Under the pieces are notes generated by a model. It was not told the origin of the DNA and searched no databases. It saw nothing but the letters and a program-made list of their open reading frames with translations. From assembly GCA_001724265.1 (NCBI GenBank), contig MEDY01000265.1, forward strand, positions 1-42,504: 42,504 nucleotides of DNA. Direction: 5' to 3'. Positions 9,901 through 21,700 of this stretch are shown here, in pieces. A program made the position numbers and the translations under genes. Origin of the DNA: Rhizaria sp. SCN 62-66. Lineage: Eukaryota. The first letter of the stretch is position 1; each line of letters starts with the position of its first letter.

Positions 9901-12622
9901 GGCTTGGACGACGACAACGCCGCCCTCGCCGCACTCGCCATCGCTCAATACTCCCAAGGTGACAATATTGCCAACAATGTTGAGGACAACGGACCCGAAT
10001 ACAGCGTCAGCCTTGGCGGCGCCGCTGTTGCCACTGGCGCTGGCGCTGACGCTGGCGGCGACAATGAGCGCGACCGCGGCTACTCTGTCTCGAGCGCCGG
10101 CTCCATGGACGGCAGCAGCAGCAACCTCGGCGGCCTCAAGACTCTGCGCGAGGCCGCGCCCTTCACGCCGCTCTGGCTTTCGTTCCGCAACATCCGCTAC
10201 ACGGTCCAGGTCAAGACTACCGACGGCTCCAACACCACAGTAGACCGCCCGCTGCTGCGCGGCGTCAACGGATACGCCGAGCCCGGCAAGCTGACCGCGC
10301 TGATGGGCGCCTCCGGCGCCGGCAAGACGACTTTGCTCGACGTGCTGGCCGGCCGCAAGAACACCGGCGTTATCGAGGGCAGCATCCAGTTCAACGGCCG
10401 CGTCCCGTCCGCCGCCGACGTTGCGTACCATACCGGCTACGTCGAGCAGTTCGACTCGCTTTTCCCCTTTGACACCGTTCGCGAGACGCTGCTTTTCGCC
10501 GCGCGCCTCCGCCTACCGAACTCGGTTTCCGAGGCCAACAAGCAGGCCATTGTCGACGAGGTCATGGACATCCTCGAGCTCACGCCGCTGCAGGACCTCA
10601 TCATCGGCAACGCTACGCTGCTCGGTCTCTCGCCCTCGCAGCTCAAGCGCGTTAACATCGGCTGCGAGCTCGTTGCCAACCCCGCCATTCTCTTCCTCGA
10701 TGAGCCCACCACGGGCCTCGACTCCCGCGCCGCGCAGACCGTCATGCGTGTCGTGCGCCGCATCGCGCGCTCCGGCCGTTCCGTCATCTGCACCATCCAC
10801 CAGCCGTCTGCCGAGCTTTTCTATCTATTCGACCGCCTTGTGCTGCTCGCCTCCGGCGGCCACCAGGTCTTCTTCGGCAGTCTTGGCGCGCGTTGCCGCA
10901 GCTTCATCCCGTACATTGAGGCGATTCCGCGCGCGTCCAAGTGCCCGCCGCGGTATAACCCGTCCTCGTGGATGCTCGAGGAGATGGGCGTCGGCCAGGC
11001 TAACGCGGCCAAGGCGCTCAACAAGAACAACAGCAACAACAATGCGGCGGATAGTGGTAACGACGACAGCGACGTTACCGGCACGGTGCTGACCGAGGCC
11101 GAGATGGCCAAGATGGGCCGGTTTGACCCCGCCAAGGTGCTCATCGAGCGCTTCGTCACGGCCTGGCGCGGCTCCAAGCAGTACTCTCGCGCCATCGCGC
11201 TGCTCGACAAGCTCGACGCGATCTCCGGCAGCAACGACGGCGCCCAGGGCAACCAGAGCCCTCTCGACGACATTGACAACAACAACGAGTCTTTCCCCAC
11301 GGTCATCAGCGGCCGCGAGCTCGCAGAGGTACGTGAAAAAAATAACACACAAAAACTCGATTTTTCTACACACGTGTACATAACGAATAATTCTTCAACA
11401 TTGCATCACACTTATCTCATCCTGTCTTTTGTTTCTTTCCCAGGCTGAGGCTGAGGCCGCTGCAGCTGCTGCCGCTGTCTCGATCACCGGCGCTGGCGTT
11501 GCCTCCGGCGCCGGTGGTGCTGGCGGCATCAACCTGGAGCCCCTCTTCAGCACGCTTATTACTGGCGTCGCGCCCTCGATCACGGCCCCCGTCGTCGACG
11601 CCACTGCCACGCACGGGCACTCTGACGCGCCCGCTGCTGGCCGTGCGCGCTCGGGCTCTAACGCGTCCGTCGCGTCGCACGCGTCGAGCATGCACGCGCC
11701 GCTGCCGGCGGCCAACACTGCGGACAGCCTCGCCGCCGCGCAGGGCAAGGACGCGCCGAGCCTGGGCTACCAGTTCTGGCAGGTGCTGCGCCGCATGATT
11801 GTGGGGTATTACCGCAACCCGCCGGTGTTGGCGATGCGCGTGTTCGTTGTCACGCTGCTGTCACTCATCTTCGGTCTGATCTACTTCGACCTCACGCCCA
11901 ACAGCCAGTCGACGACTATCGCGCTTCTGTCCGTACTCTCCGTGTCCACGCTCTTCGGCGCCGTCAATCACGCCGGCTCCTCCACGCCCAACCTGATGTT
12001 GAACCGCGTGGTGCTGTACCGCGAGCAGGCCTCGCAGATGTACTCGGCCTGGATGTGGGGGCTCGCCGGCTTCATGACCGAGGCGTTCTATGCAATTTTT
12101 ACCGCATTCCTCGTCCAGATCCCGACCTACTTCATGGCCGGGCTCGACCCCGCACCCGCGGTCTTTTTCCGCCACTACTTCGCCGTTTACGTCATCATTC
12201 TCTGCTATCTCTCGCTCTCAACGCTGCTCTCCTCGGCTACACCCAACATGGCAGTTGCTGGCGTCGGACAAGGTATTTTCTTTGGACTTTTGAATACTTT
12301 TAGCGGGATTGCAAACCCGTTGCCATCAATTCCTCGTGGTTGGGTATGGTTTTTCCGCATGCTGCCTTCGTCGCACGCATCTGAGGCGCTCGTTATGTCC
12401 CAGGTCGGCACGTGCACGCCGCTGCCCAACTGCGGGCCGCTCATCACCGTGGTGAAGGGGACACAGACCGTCCAGGTGCATCTCGCGGCGTTTGTGTCAG
12501 ATTACCTCGGTTTCGTCTTCGGCAGCTGGGGACACGCGATTGGGTGGATGTTTTTGTGGATTGTGGTGCTGCAGACGCTCGGGCTCATCGCCATCACCAA
12601 GCTCAACTTCTCCTCGCGGTAA
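6906..12622 (+). CDS. Full-size ABCG / pleiotropic drug resistance (PDR)-type transporter, NBD1-TMD1-NBD2-TMD2; exons 6906-9661, 9822-11328, 11444-12622; about 1813 aa
   Basis: NBD1: APPGQGKSS, VSGGQKRRVT, FLDEYSNGLD. NBD2: LMGASGAGKTTLLDVLA, LFLDEPTTGLDS, CTIHQPS. Two hydrophobic ABC-2-type TMDs. The phase-2 and phase-0 introns join the three track ORFs in frame. Confidence 0.95.
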
Positions 12623-13304
12623 ACCAAGCACATGTGCACACGCCTCATTATTGTTTGATAGTTTAAATGTGTTTGTGGCATGTAACGCTAAATGTGTACT
12701 CAAATTCATTGTAAGTGACATTTATACTCGCAAATTAGTGGATATACTATACTTATAACATCTAACGAACTTCAAGCTCGAGTCCTTGAGAGGGACCTGA
12801 GTGACAGTCAAAGTCCCGACTACTGAGGATCTTGAAAATGATGAATTAAAATGCATGTTTTTGCTGTTGTGTTTCTTGGCACAAGTATCACAATATGTTT
12901 CCCGTTTTCTTTGTTCAGAATGAATATGCGTTGCCAATCATTCGTATTCCACCTAACGCCCTTAGACTCAACTCAAAAGGCCGTCCTTCACAGCTCAACT
13001 TTCGATTCGTAGGAGTTATTATCTCGCTAAACTGCACCCGATATACTTGTCATGTTCCAGTTTTACTTGTTTTGTAAATTGCCTCTTTTTTTCTGTGATT
13101 CCTAAGGTGCTGTTTTCAAAAGACGAAATTTGTAGATCTGATTTTGTTGTTTGTTTTACGAGTTTACTTTTGGTTACAGTAGCAACAACATTGCTGTCTA
13201 ACTTAGTCTCATCAATCACAATTTCAACTGTGTATGTGTGCCTTCTTTTGATCTTTGTTTTGCCATCAATGTAACTTTTTTCTTTTTACATGTATATTAT
13301 GTAG

Positions 13305-13327
13305 GTACATGTACATGTACATGTACA
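13305..13327. repeat. (GTACAT)n tandem repeat, about 3.8 copies, self-complementary unit
   Basis: Sequence gtacatgtacatgtacatgtaca read directly. Confidence 0.85.
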
Positions 13328-15052
13328 CTGTAAGCTTCTGTTTAAATCCATGGCATCCCACGAGTACACGCCTTTGTGTCGTACATTGTGAACTATGGCC
13401 TCGTCTCTACTCATTGAGTTCATCCTTTTTTATTTTCTTCTCGCTTCTTTGCGTTTTACCAGCCTTCTTCATTTTCAATCGTAATATCAGAAATATTAAT
13501 TACTCCAATCTAATACAATATCACTTGGAAACTTGGAAATCGCCACGCGCTCTGGCCGTGTTTCTACACGTGGGCAGTTGTGGTCACCGCGAAGATTGCG
13601 TGTGGATATGAATATATGAGAACAGTATGATAGACAATGTGTGTGAGGGTTGACATATGAAGTCACTAAGTTTTTATTTGGGGGTTTGAAAAGTATGAAT
13701 TGAGAAAAAGTGTAAATAGCATGAATGATGAAATTTTACCCAAGTGAGTCATAGTCCGCTTCTACCCTATACTACTACTCCAGCTTGGTCAACAAATTAT
13801 TACAAATGAAATAAACAATTGTCACAACTTTTGATTCTGGGGTGCGTGTTTGGCGCTAAGCGGTACCACTTTTCGTTATCGTCCACAAACTGTCTTGCAG
13901 CTTTGCAAGGCTGTTTTCGTGATTTGATACTCATGCGTTATGGTTACCTGACTGAAGGTCTCTGCTGGCTTGTCATCGTCCGGCTCCAAACACAACACAT
14001 GTTTTGTCTTACCATGAGAACTGCAGTGGGATTGTTGGCGACGACGAGAGTGAATACGGCAATTCTCTGGCCACCATCGCGTCAGCGCCGGACATGACAA
14101 CGGCAATGCTGGTCATCTCAGCGGCATCAACGGTCAGCGATTCAGTCGTCATGTTATCCAGGACAGTGACGACGACGACGACGGCCCCAGCACTATTTGA
14201 CCGCAGCAGCGCAGCGTCAGTGGCACTTCTCGCCAATTTCCAACTGTTTTTAGTGCTGGGCAAGATGCAGTACTAGTACGGACGAATAGAATGAAAAACA
14301 TTTATATGATCATGTGTATTGTTTCAATATACTATACTAAAACACAAAACAATTAATAATATATCTACTGAGAATAAGAAATCGATAAGAGTGGCGCATC
14401 AAGTAAATAAAGCAATAATGTGTGTCATTGTACTAAGCTCTGAGGCGTCCACTCTCTTCCTGAAATGTGTTTGTTTGTTTTCTTTTCGCTTTCATTTTGA
14501 TCCTCCTTTTTCTCAACAACAACATCGCCGCTTCAGAACACTCCAACACCAAACGAATGTAAGCTACAATGACGGCAAAACAGTGCGCATGTCTCTAATA
14601 CGCACCGCACTGCAGCAGAAACGAGGCTGCTGCAAGCTACATCGTAGTCGCAGGCCCCGTGTGAGTCTCGGCATCGAAGTGTCCCTCGCCTAACTAACTA
14701 AGTACGTCATGTGTAAGGGCTTAACGAACAGCAGGAACGATGGAATCATAACAGCAACAAGAAAGCACGCAGCTCGTGATGCTGCCAGTGTCTGTCATCA
14801 TCATATCACCATAATCGTCTTCGTCATCATCGAAGGCGCTCCTACTTATTCGAAGTCAAGTCATCATCATCATTTCCTTCCTCCATCTCCTTAAATCCTC
14901 TTTTTTTGTCGAACTAAACACAACCACGTGCTCGTGTTGCGTTCGTGATCTCATCATAGCTTTGCTTGCATTGTTGCATGCTTGCTCGCCTACTTATTTG
15001 TCGGATCTACAGTTATCGAGATGGCAAGTCTGCCGCGCAGCGCCACGGGCGC

Positions 15053-15913
15053 TTACTTGCGGTTGAAGCTGAACATGACGGGGGGGTCGGTGTTGAAAGT
15101 CTTGGTCTTGGTGGCCTCTGCGTAGTGCTCCACCGCCTTATGGTGCGCGACGTAGAAGCAGGGCATCGCGCTGATGCCTGCCTTGTCCTTCATCAGCGCC
15201 ACCCACGCCTCGCCCAGCTTCTGCGCCTTCTCCGCGTCGCGGTTCCAGATGCAAATCTTGTACGTGGTGCCCGCACTGGCCGAGCCGGCGCCGCCTTTGT
15301 TGCCGTAGACTTCGCGCGGGGGACGGCACTGCAGCCACACGCCCGCGATGTCGTCGGCGTCGCCGAGCGTGCCGCCGATGACGGCCAGCACCGTCTGCTC
15401 CCAGGCCGCGTCGACCTCCTTGCGGTGCGCGCAGCTGGGGTCGAACTCGGCCAGCCACTCGCCGCCCTGCTTGTTAAACTCGTGCTCCCACTCGGGCTTC
15501 GCCTCGGAGCGCAGGAAGATCACGTTGGCCTTGTGCGCAATCGCAGTGGGCTTCAGCAGCGAGTTGTAGATGGACCAGAAATCCTCGACGGTGTTGAAGC
15601 TGTACACGAGCGTGTTCTGTGCGACCTGCTTCTTCTTGTTGTTGTTGGCGGTTGCGGGCACATTGCACAGGCCCCAGAGGTCCCACTGGTTCAGGAGGCC
15701 GTGCTTGGTGACCTCGATCGTCATCACGGCGGCCGAGTCGGCCGAGGCCGAGCCCGCAGCGCCGGAGCCGTCGCCGGAGGCCGACGCGGCGGGGCGCGCG
15801 CGACGGGACTTTTGCGGGGCGAGGCTGATGGCGTCAGCCTCGGCGGCGGGGGCGGCGGCGGCGGCCACAGCGGCGGCGGCGGCAGCGGAAGCGTCGGCGT
15901 CTGCGGAAGACAT
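15053..15913 (-). CDS. eIF4E-family cap-binding-fold protein (atypical), 286 aa, coding region intronless
   Basis: Conserved eIF4E blocks: HGLLNQWDLW, SFNTVEDFWSIYN, KPEWEHEFNKQGGEW, WEQTVLAVIG, DDIAGV and KICIW. First ATG at 15913, TAA stop. Confidence 0.92.
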   Translation of the reverse strand: MSSADADASAAAAAAVAAAAAPAAEADAISLAPQKSRRARPAASASGDGSGAAGSASADSAAVMTIEVTKHGLLNQWDLWGLCNVPATANNNKKKQVAQNTLVYSFNTVEDFWSIYNSLLKPTAIAHKANVIFLRSEAKPEWEHEFNKQGGEWLAEFDPSCAHRKEVDAAWEQTVLAVIGGTLGDADDIAGVWLQCRPPREVYGNKGGAGSASAGTTYKICIWNRDAEKAQKLGEAWVALMKDKAGISAMPCFYVAHHKAVEHYAEATKTKTFNTDPPVMFSFNRK

Positions 15914-16765
15914 CGAACACACTGGGAATAGATGGTGAGCGACAGGGCAGACGCGGGAACGAGAGAATGGAAGAATTGAAAGAGCGAGAGAGCGAAGAAG
16001 GTGTGGTGGTAAGCAATGAGTTAAGTCGAGGTCAAGGCCGAACAGGGCACGGGTAATAACAGAATATGAGGGGCTGAAAGGTTCAAACAAAGCCAATGGG
16101 GAGTAAAATCTATAAATGGCGCCATAGGTAGCAATAAAGTGTTGCCAGATGAGAGCTTGATGGTGCCAGACACGAAAGGCGGGTATGGTGAAGATGTTGG
16201 ACCAGAGTGGCTGGACTGGGTCGTAAAGATACGTCCAAAGATGTCATTGTTGAGCCCTGTCAAAATCACATATGAATCAATAGTAGCTGCGCACATGGAA
16301 AGTCTAAACCGCTGGCCCATATTCATATCACGCGGCCACACACCGAGAATATCAAACTCAAAATCACCCTGCGAAGCTTGAGTCAAACTCACAACTCTTC
16401 TCCCTCTCGCTTAGACTGTGGCTGCCCACGGTCACTGGCCATTTTTGAGTCCAGGCCAGCCAGTCACGAGCGAAAAGATATGACAAGAAATGAAAAGTCA
16501 CGCGTTATGACGAGGAATATGGAGTAATTTGAAGGTTTTTATTCCCAAGAAAACGCTTGGACGGATCGCACAAGTCTGAAAAAACGTTCAAACCGTGCGT
16601 CCGGAATAATATAGGCAGACAAAACGAAAAAGAGAGGGAGAAGCTGAGAGTGCCTTCCAAGCCTCTCCCAGCAGCGGCTGCGCGCGGGGGACGCGCAGCG
16701 TGTGTTTAATAGGTGGCGATGACGATGTTGGCGATGGTGTGTGTCAAGCAATGAGGGAGGACAAC

Positions 16766-17839
16766 TTAGTTGGCGGCCTTCTTGTTCTTGGCGTCGACCT
16801 CAGCGAGGACGGCGTTGAGGCGGACGGCCTCGCGGGCGGCGATCTGGTTCATGACGGAGTTCTTGATGTTGAGGAACTCGGTGAAAGACACGACAGAAAG
16901 CTTGCCGGTCTCCTTGCCAGCTGCCTTGCCGGAGTAGGTGGCGGAGAAGGGGGCGTCTATAATAGTGCAACCGCAGGACAGGAAGATAAGAAAGAAGCGA
17001 TGAGCAATGGATCTGCAAGTTGCAAAGCGGGGAGAGCATACACAGATAGACTGCGCGGTTACGAGTGCAGCGTGAGCGTACCCTTGTCGCCGAAGGTGAT
17101 CTCGGTCTCGACCTTCTCGCCGTCGGCGAAGGCCTCGGAGAGCTTGAGGGCGGTGAACTTGAAGTTGGCACCAGTGAGCTTGGCGGAAGCCGAGGTGTAG
17201 GGGTCCTCGACGGAGATGGACTTGACCTTGGCAGCGCCGTCCTTGCCAACGAGCAGGGCGATGTTCTGTGGAGAGCGACGCGAGTGGTACGAGAGCGAGA
17301 GAAGGTGCAGCGCAGAGCAGAAAGTAGAACAGAAAGAGTGAGCGACAACGATGATGATATGTCGGGCGAGGGGGATAGGGCAACGACAAGGGATCATTGG
17401 GGAGACAGAATAAGACGTACGGTGTTGTCGGCGGGGGTGGTCTCGGAAGCACCAGTGTAGGACTGGATGGAGACGGTGGAGACGCCGGGAACGACGGTGA
17501 TCTCGCGGGCAACGGCAACCTCGGCCTTCTTGCCACCGATCTCACGCACGGCCTTGCCAGCGAGGTAGACAGTCTGTTTGAAAGCAAAAAACGGAACGCG
17601 AATCAAGACCAATAGCCGTAGGAGCAAATGTGAGCATAAATCACGAGCGGATCCTATATATATATTAACGCCACATTTGTGCACCCGCGTGGGCAGCCAG
17701 TAGAAGCATGAGAAGCGAAGGCAGTGGCGAGGCAAGCGGTGTTGAGAGAGGAACGTACCTGGTCAGCACCCGAGAAGCAGGAGAAGAGACGGCGGCCGGC
17801 AGAAACAGCCTTGGTGGACTTCGAAATGGCAGCGAGCAT
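16766..17839 (-). CDS. Uncharacterised, probably mitochondrion-targeted protein; exons 17839-17759, 17573-17421, 17265-17082, 16956-16766; about 202 aa
   Basis: Introns begin GTACGT, GTACGT and GTACGC (phases 0, 0, 1) and join in frame. The N-terminus MLAAISKSTKAVSAGRRLFS is basic and hydroxylated with no acidic residues, like a presequence. Strong C/G-ending codon bias. Confidence 0.75.
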
Positions 17840-18773
17840 TGTAAACTAGACACTCACAAATCTGAGAGACAACTTCCGCAGAACAGGAGACACGGAAATC
17901 AATCCCGCCCTTTGGCCGGGCCAAACTTTCGAGGGCAAAAAAAATACATATCGTTTTTCGGAACCACGTCTTGCCCACCACCCAGCCAGCCAGCCATCAA
18001 CATCGCTTCCGGCGGTGAGCATTATAATTAGACTCTATCGCAAAGAAAGTTCAGTTTACGTAGTGAAAGTTTGTAGTTAACGTATTTGGTTAAGATTACA
18101 TAGCATAGACGTTTTAAATGGTGGTTTCCTGAAACTGAATTTTGAAAAACTCCTGGAAGCGCGATGAGGAGGAGGATTTACAGAGCGATTGGCGATTGAC
18201 AATACATGAGACGAATGAATAATAAGTGTATATACTGGATAGAGATAAAAGGTGTTGTAAACATTAATTGTAGAACAGGCGAACAGTCTAACTTGCTCTA
18301 CACATGATCTCAGCATCAACAGTAGCCTGTAAAGCTTCCTCTGTTGTGTTGTTGTTAAATGGACTTTGCGGGTGCTTCTGACTAAAATATCAAAAAGGTG
18401 TAACACGTAATTGCAAATACTATAAGCAATACACTGCTCGCGTGCTATAAACAGCAGCTGGTACAGATTAATTGCTGCCCGCGTTGTCACTGGAGCCGCT
18501 GTTCGCACGGTTGTGCGCCACGCCCACGAGCCCCTGCCCCAGCGCAACCTCGCTGGCGTTGGCGTTGAGCCCGTGGCTGCCGTTGCCGCTGGCGCCGCCA
18601 GAGGTGGGGATATACGGGGTCGAGACGGAGCTACTTAGCGGGTGACTGTGGGCACCAACAGCGCCCGGCTTGGCAACCTGGAACGACCGCTGCTTTGCAC
18701 CACCATCAGTGTTGGCGATGCTGGGGACCGTGGAGCCAGGCACAACAGCTCCAGGCGGCCGCGGCTGCTGCTG

Positions 18774-21700
18774 CTACTGTTGCTTGGTGTTGCTATTGCC
18801 GCCAGTAGCTGCGCTGTTGACGGCATGCAGCGACGACACACTGAGACTCGCGCCAAGGGCCGCAGCCGCACCGCGGTTGCCCCCATTGGCGTTCGCAGGC
18901 GTGTTGAAGACGACGCGGCCCTTACCGGCCTTCAGGGCGTTGGCCTTCTGCTGCAGCTGCTGCCGCTGCTGTTGCTGCTGTAGCGCTGGGGTCGAGTAAG
19001 ACGCGGACAGACTGCTCGCATTGCCGCCGGCAAAGGCAGCAGCGCTTGCCTCGGCCTCGGCGGCAACAGGAGCCGCCGCGGCGTCTGCGTCGGTAGCAGG
19101 GCCTGAAGCGGCCGCGGGCGGGTGGGGGCGCATCGGGGACGCCAGCGCGGCGTGCGAGGCCGCGGGCTGCAGCCGCACGCGCGCACGCGCAGGCGACGCG
19201 CCCACGGCGGCCGTGCTGCCGGTACTGTGAGGAGGCAGCAGCGCCGCGGCCGAGTAGGAGCCGTAACCGCCACTGAGGCCGTCGGCGCCTGCGCCAGCGC
19301 CAGCGCCAGCGCCAGTGATGTTGCTGCCGTCGTCGGCTTTGGAGGCACTGGAGGGCGGCGGGAGCAGGCGAGCGGTCGAGGGGGCCAACCCGAGGCCTGC
19401 GCTGCGCGCCTGCTCACGCTCGCCGTCCTCGGCAAAGTGACCGAGGGCGCCGGCGGGATGACCGTGGGCAAGGGAGGCAGAGGTGGGGACGGGGTGGGGA
19501 CGGCTGAAATGCAGCTGTTGCGACTGTAGCTGCAGCTGCAGCTGCTGCTGGTGGTGCTGCTGCTGCATCAACAGCAACTGCTGCTGGTGCTGCTGCATCT
19601 GCATCTGCTGCTGCATCTGCTGATGGATCTGCTGCTGCTGCTGTTGCTGCTGCATCTGCGCGCTGTTGTCGAGCACGAAAGCTGGGAAGGTGGCAGCGAG
19701 CAGCTTGTCGCGCTCAGCGCGCAGCGCGGCCAGCTCGGCCTGCTGCTGTGCCAGCATACGCACGGCCTTCTGGCGCTGCGCGACGCGGCGCAGGCTCGAC
19801 TCGCGCCGGTCCCGGTCCGCGGGGTCCTCGCCGGAAGCCATGGCCGCACCGCCCAGCCCCGCCAGCCCGCCGTGCGCGCCGCCGCGCTGGCCCTGCGCCG
19901 GACCGGCCAGCGACAGCAACGACGACGACGATGCTGAGGAAGCAGAGGCCAGCGCGAGCCCGCTGCCGCCGCGGCCCGTGTGTGCAAGCAGCACGCGCCG
20001 GCGCGGCGTCGCGGGCGGCAGCAGCGCAGGCACGGCGCCCGAGCCGGAGCCGCAGCCGGTGTTGGCCAGCAGATTTGCGCTGCTGCCAACGAGCGTGAGT
20101 GAAGTACTCGCGCTGCCGCCGCCGTCACCGTTCAGCGGATCGGCGGCGGGGTCATAGTCGTCGGCGGTGACCGTGAGCACGCGCCGCGCTTCCGCGGCCA
20201 GCGCCTCGGCGGCCTCGGCCGCGCCGCCGCCGCGGCTGCCGCCCTGCTGGATGGCCAGCACGCGCTGCCGCTCGCCCACGACCTGCAGCAGCGCCTCGAT
20301 TGCGGCGCGCAAACGGACGTTTTCCTTCGCCAGCGCGCGCGACTTGGTGCTCGCCTCGGCCGTTTCCAGCGCCGTCTTGGACTGCGCGGCGGAGGCTGAG
20401 GCGGCGGCGGCCTGCAGGCGGCGCGCCAGCGCGGCGGCTTCGCGGGACTCCTGCTGCTGCTGCTTCTGACTGCCGCCTGCACCGTTATCGTGCGGGTCGG
20501 CGTCGTCGTCGTCGCTGTCGAGGTGCTTGTTAGCGCTGCTCGCGCTAATGGTGGCGTTGGCGGCGGGCGCAGGAGCGCGGAGGCGCTGCTGGAGGTCGCG
20601 GGTAACGCGCAGCATCTGCATGCTCATGCTCTCATCCTCGGCCTAGAATTGTGTTTAACGAAAACAGTCACAAATGAAAAGGATGTGAAATGAATAAAAT
20701 GAAAATATCGTGAAATGTGCAACAAATAGAAATAATAAGCGAATCATAAGATAGAGAAATATCATAGAATGTGTCATTTAATTGCGTACCTCTGCGAGCG
20801 CAAGCTCAAGCCTCTGAATCTCCCACTGCTGCTGCTGCAGCGCGCGCCCCGCGGCGGCCGCCGCACGCAGCCCAGCGGTGTTGCCGCTGGCCGCGACGCG
20901 TGCGCGTGCGTTCGCCGTGAGGATGGACGCCAGCGGCAGCAGGCGCGCGTCGGGCGGCAGTGTCGCGTGCGCCAGCGCAGACGCGAACGCCGACGAGCGT
21001 TCGAGCTCGATCACAGCGCTCATGTCGCGCTTTCTCGAAGTCGCCGCTGCGGTCGCGCTGCCGCTCGCGGCGGCCGGGGCGAGGTCGGCAAGCGTGAGCG
21101 TGCGGTAGCCGCCGCGGCCGACGCCGACGCCGAAACCCTCGGCAGCCACCTCGACGCGCCCCTGCGCCGTCGACACCAGCGCCACGGTGTCCAGCCGGCG
21201 CAGGCGCTCGCTCGCGCTGCTGCTCGTCGCCACGGGTGCGCTACCAGTGCCGCTACTAAAGCCAGAAGTAGAGCTTGAGCTAGAGATGGCGCCAGAGCCA
21301 GAGGTGGCGTTCAAGCTGTTAGAGCTCCCAGTCGCGCCGAAGGCGGGAGAGTTTCCAGCGTTCACGGAGCTCACGCTGCCAACACTCACGTCGCTGGTGT
21401 TTCTAATGCTCGTGCTCGAGTCGGCGAGCGCGAGCAGCAGCTGCTGGTGCTGCTCCGACACCGCCGCGGCCCTGGCGGCTACGGCCTGTGCCTCCGCGCT
21501 GAGCGTGGCCGCGGCGCGCTCCAGACGGGCGACTTCGGCGACGCGGGCCGCGCGCGCCGGGTGCAGCGTTGTCGCCACCCAGCGCCGCGCCTCGGCCTCG
21601 AGCGCGCTCACCGCGGCGCCGCCCGGCGCGCTGCCGTTGCCGTGCGTCGAGGGTCGCCCGTCGGTGTTGGCCGTCGACGGCGGCCGCTCGCCCCATTCGT

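Noticed and set aside
12820..13220. Minus-strand peptide WNTNDWQRIF reminiscent of a Tc1/mariner transposase, plus a YCDTC zinc-finger-like word
   Set aside because: No DDE motifs, no terminal inverted repeats and multiple stops; too little to call a transposon.
15914..16096. N-terminal extension of eIF4E in the ORF track
   Set aside because: Non-ATG start and pyrimidine-rich, non-coding-like composition; the first ATG is at 15913.
17059..17081. Alternative donor GTAACC at 17062 for exon 3 of the mitochondrial-type gene
   Set aside because: It gives a phase mismatch with the acceptor at 16957, whereas the GTACGC donor at 17081 joins in frame.
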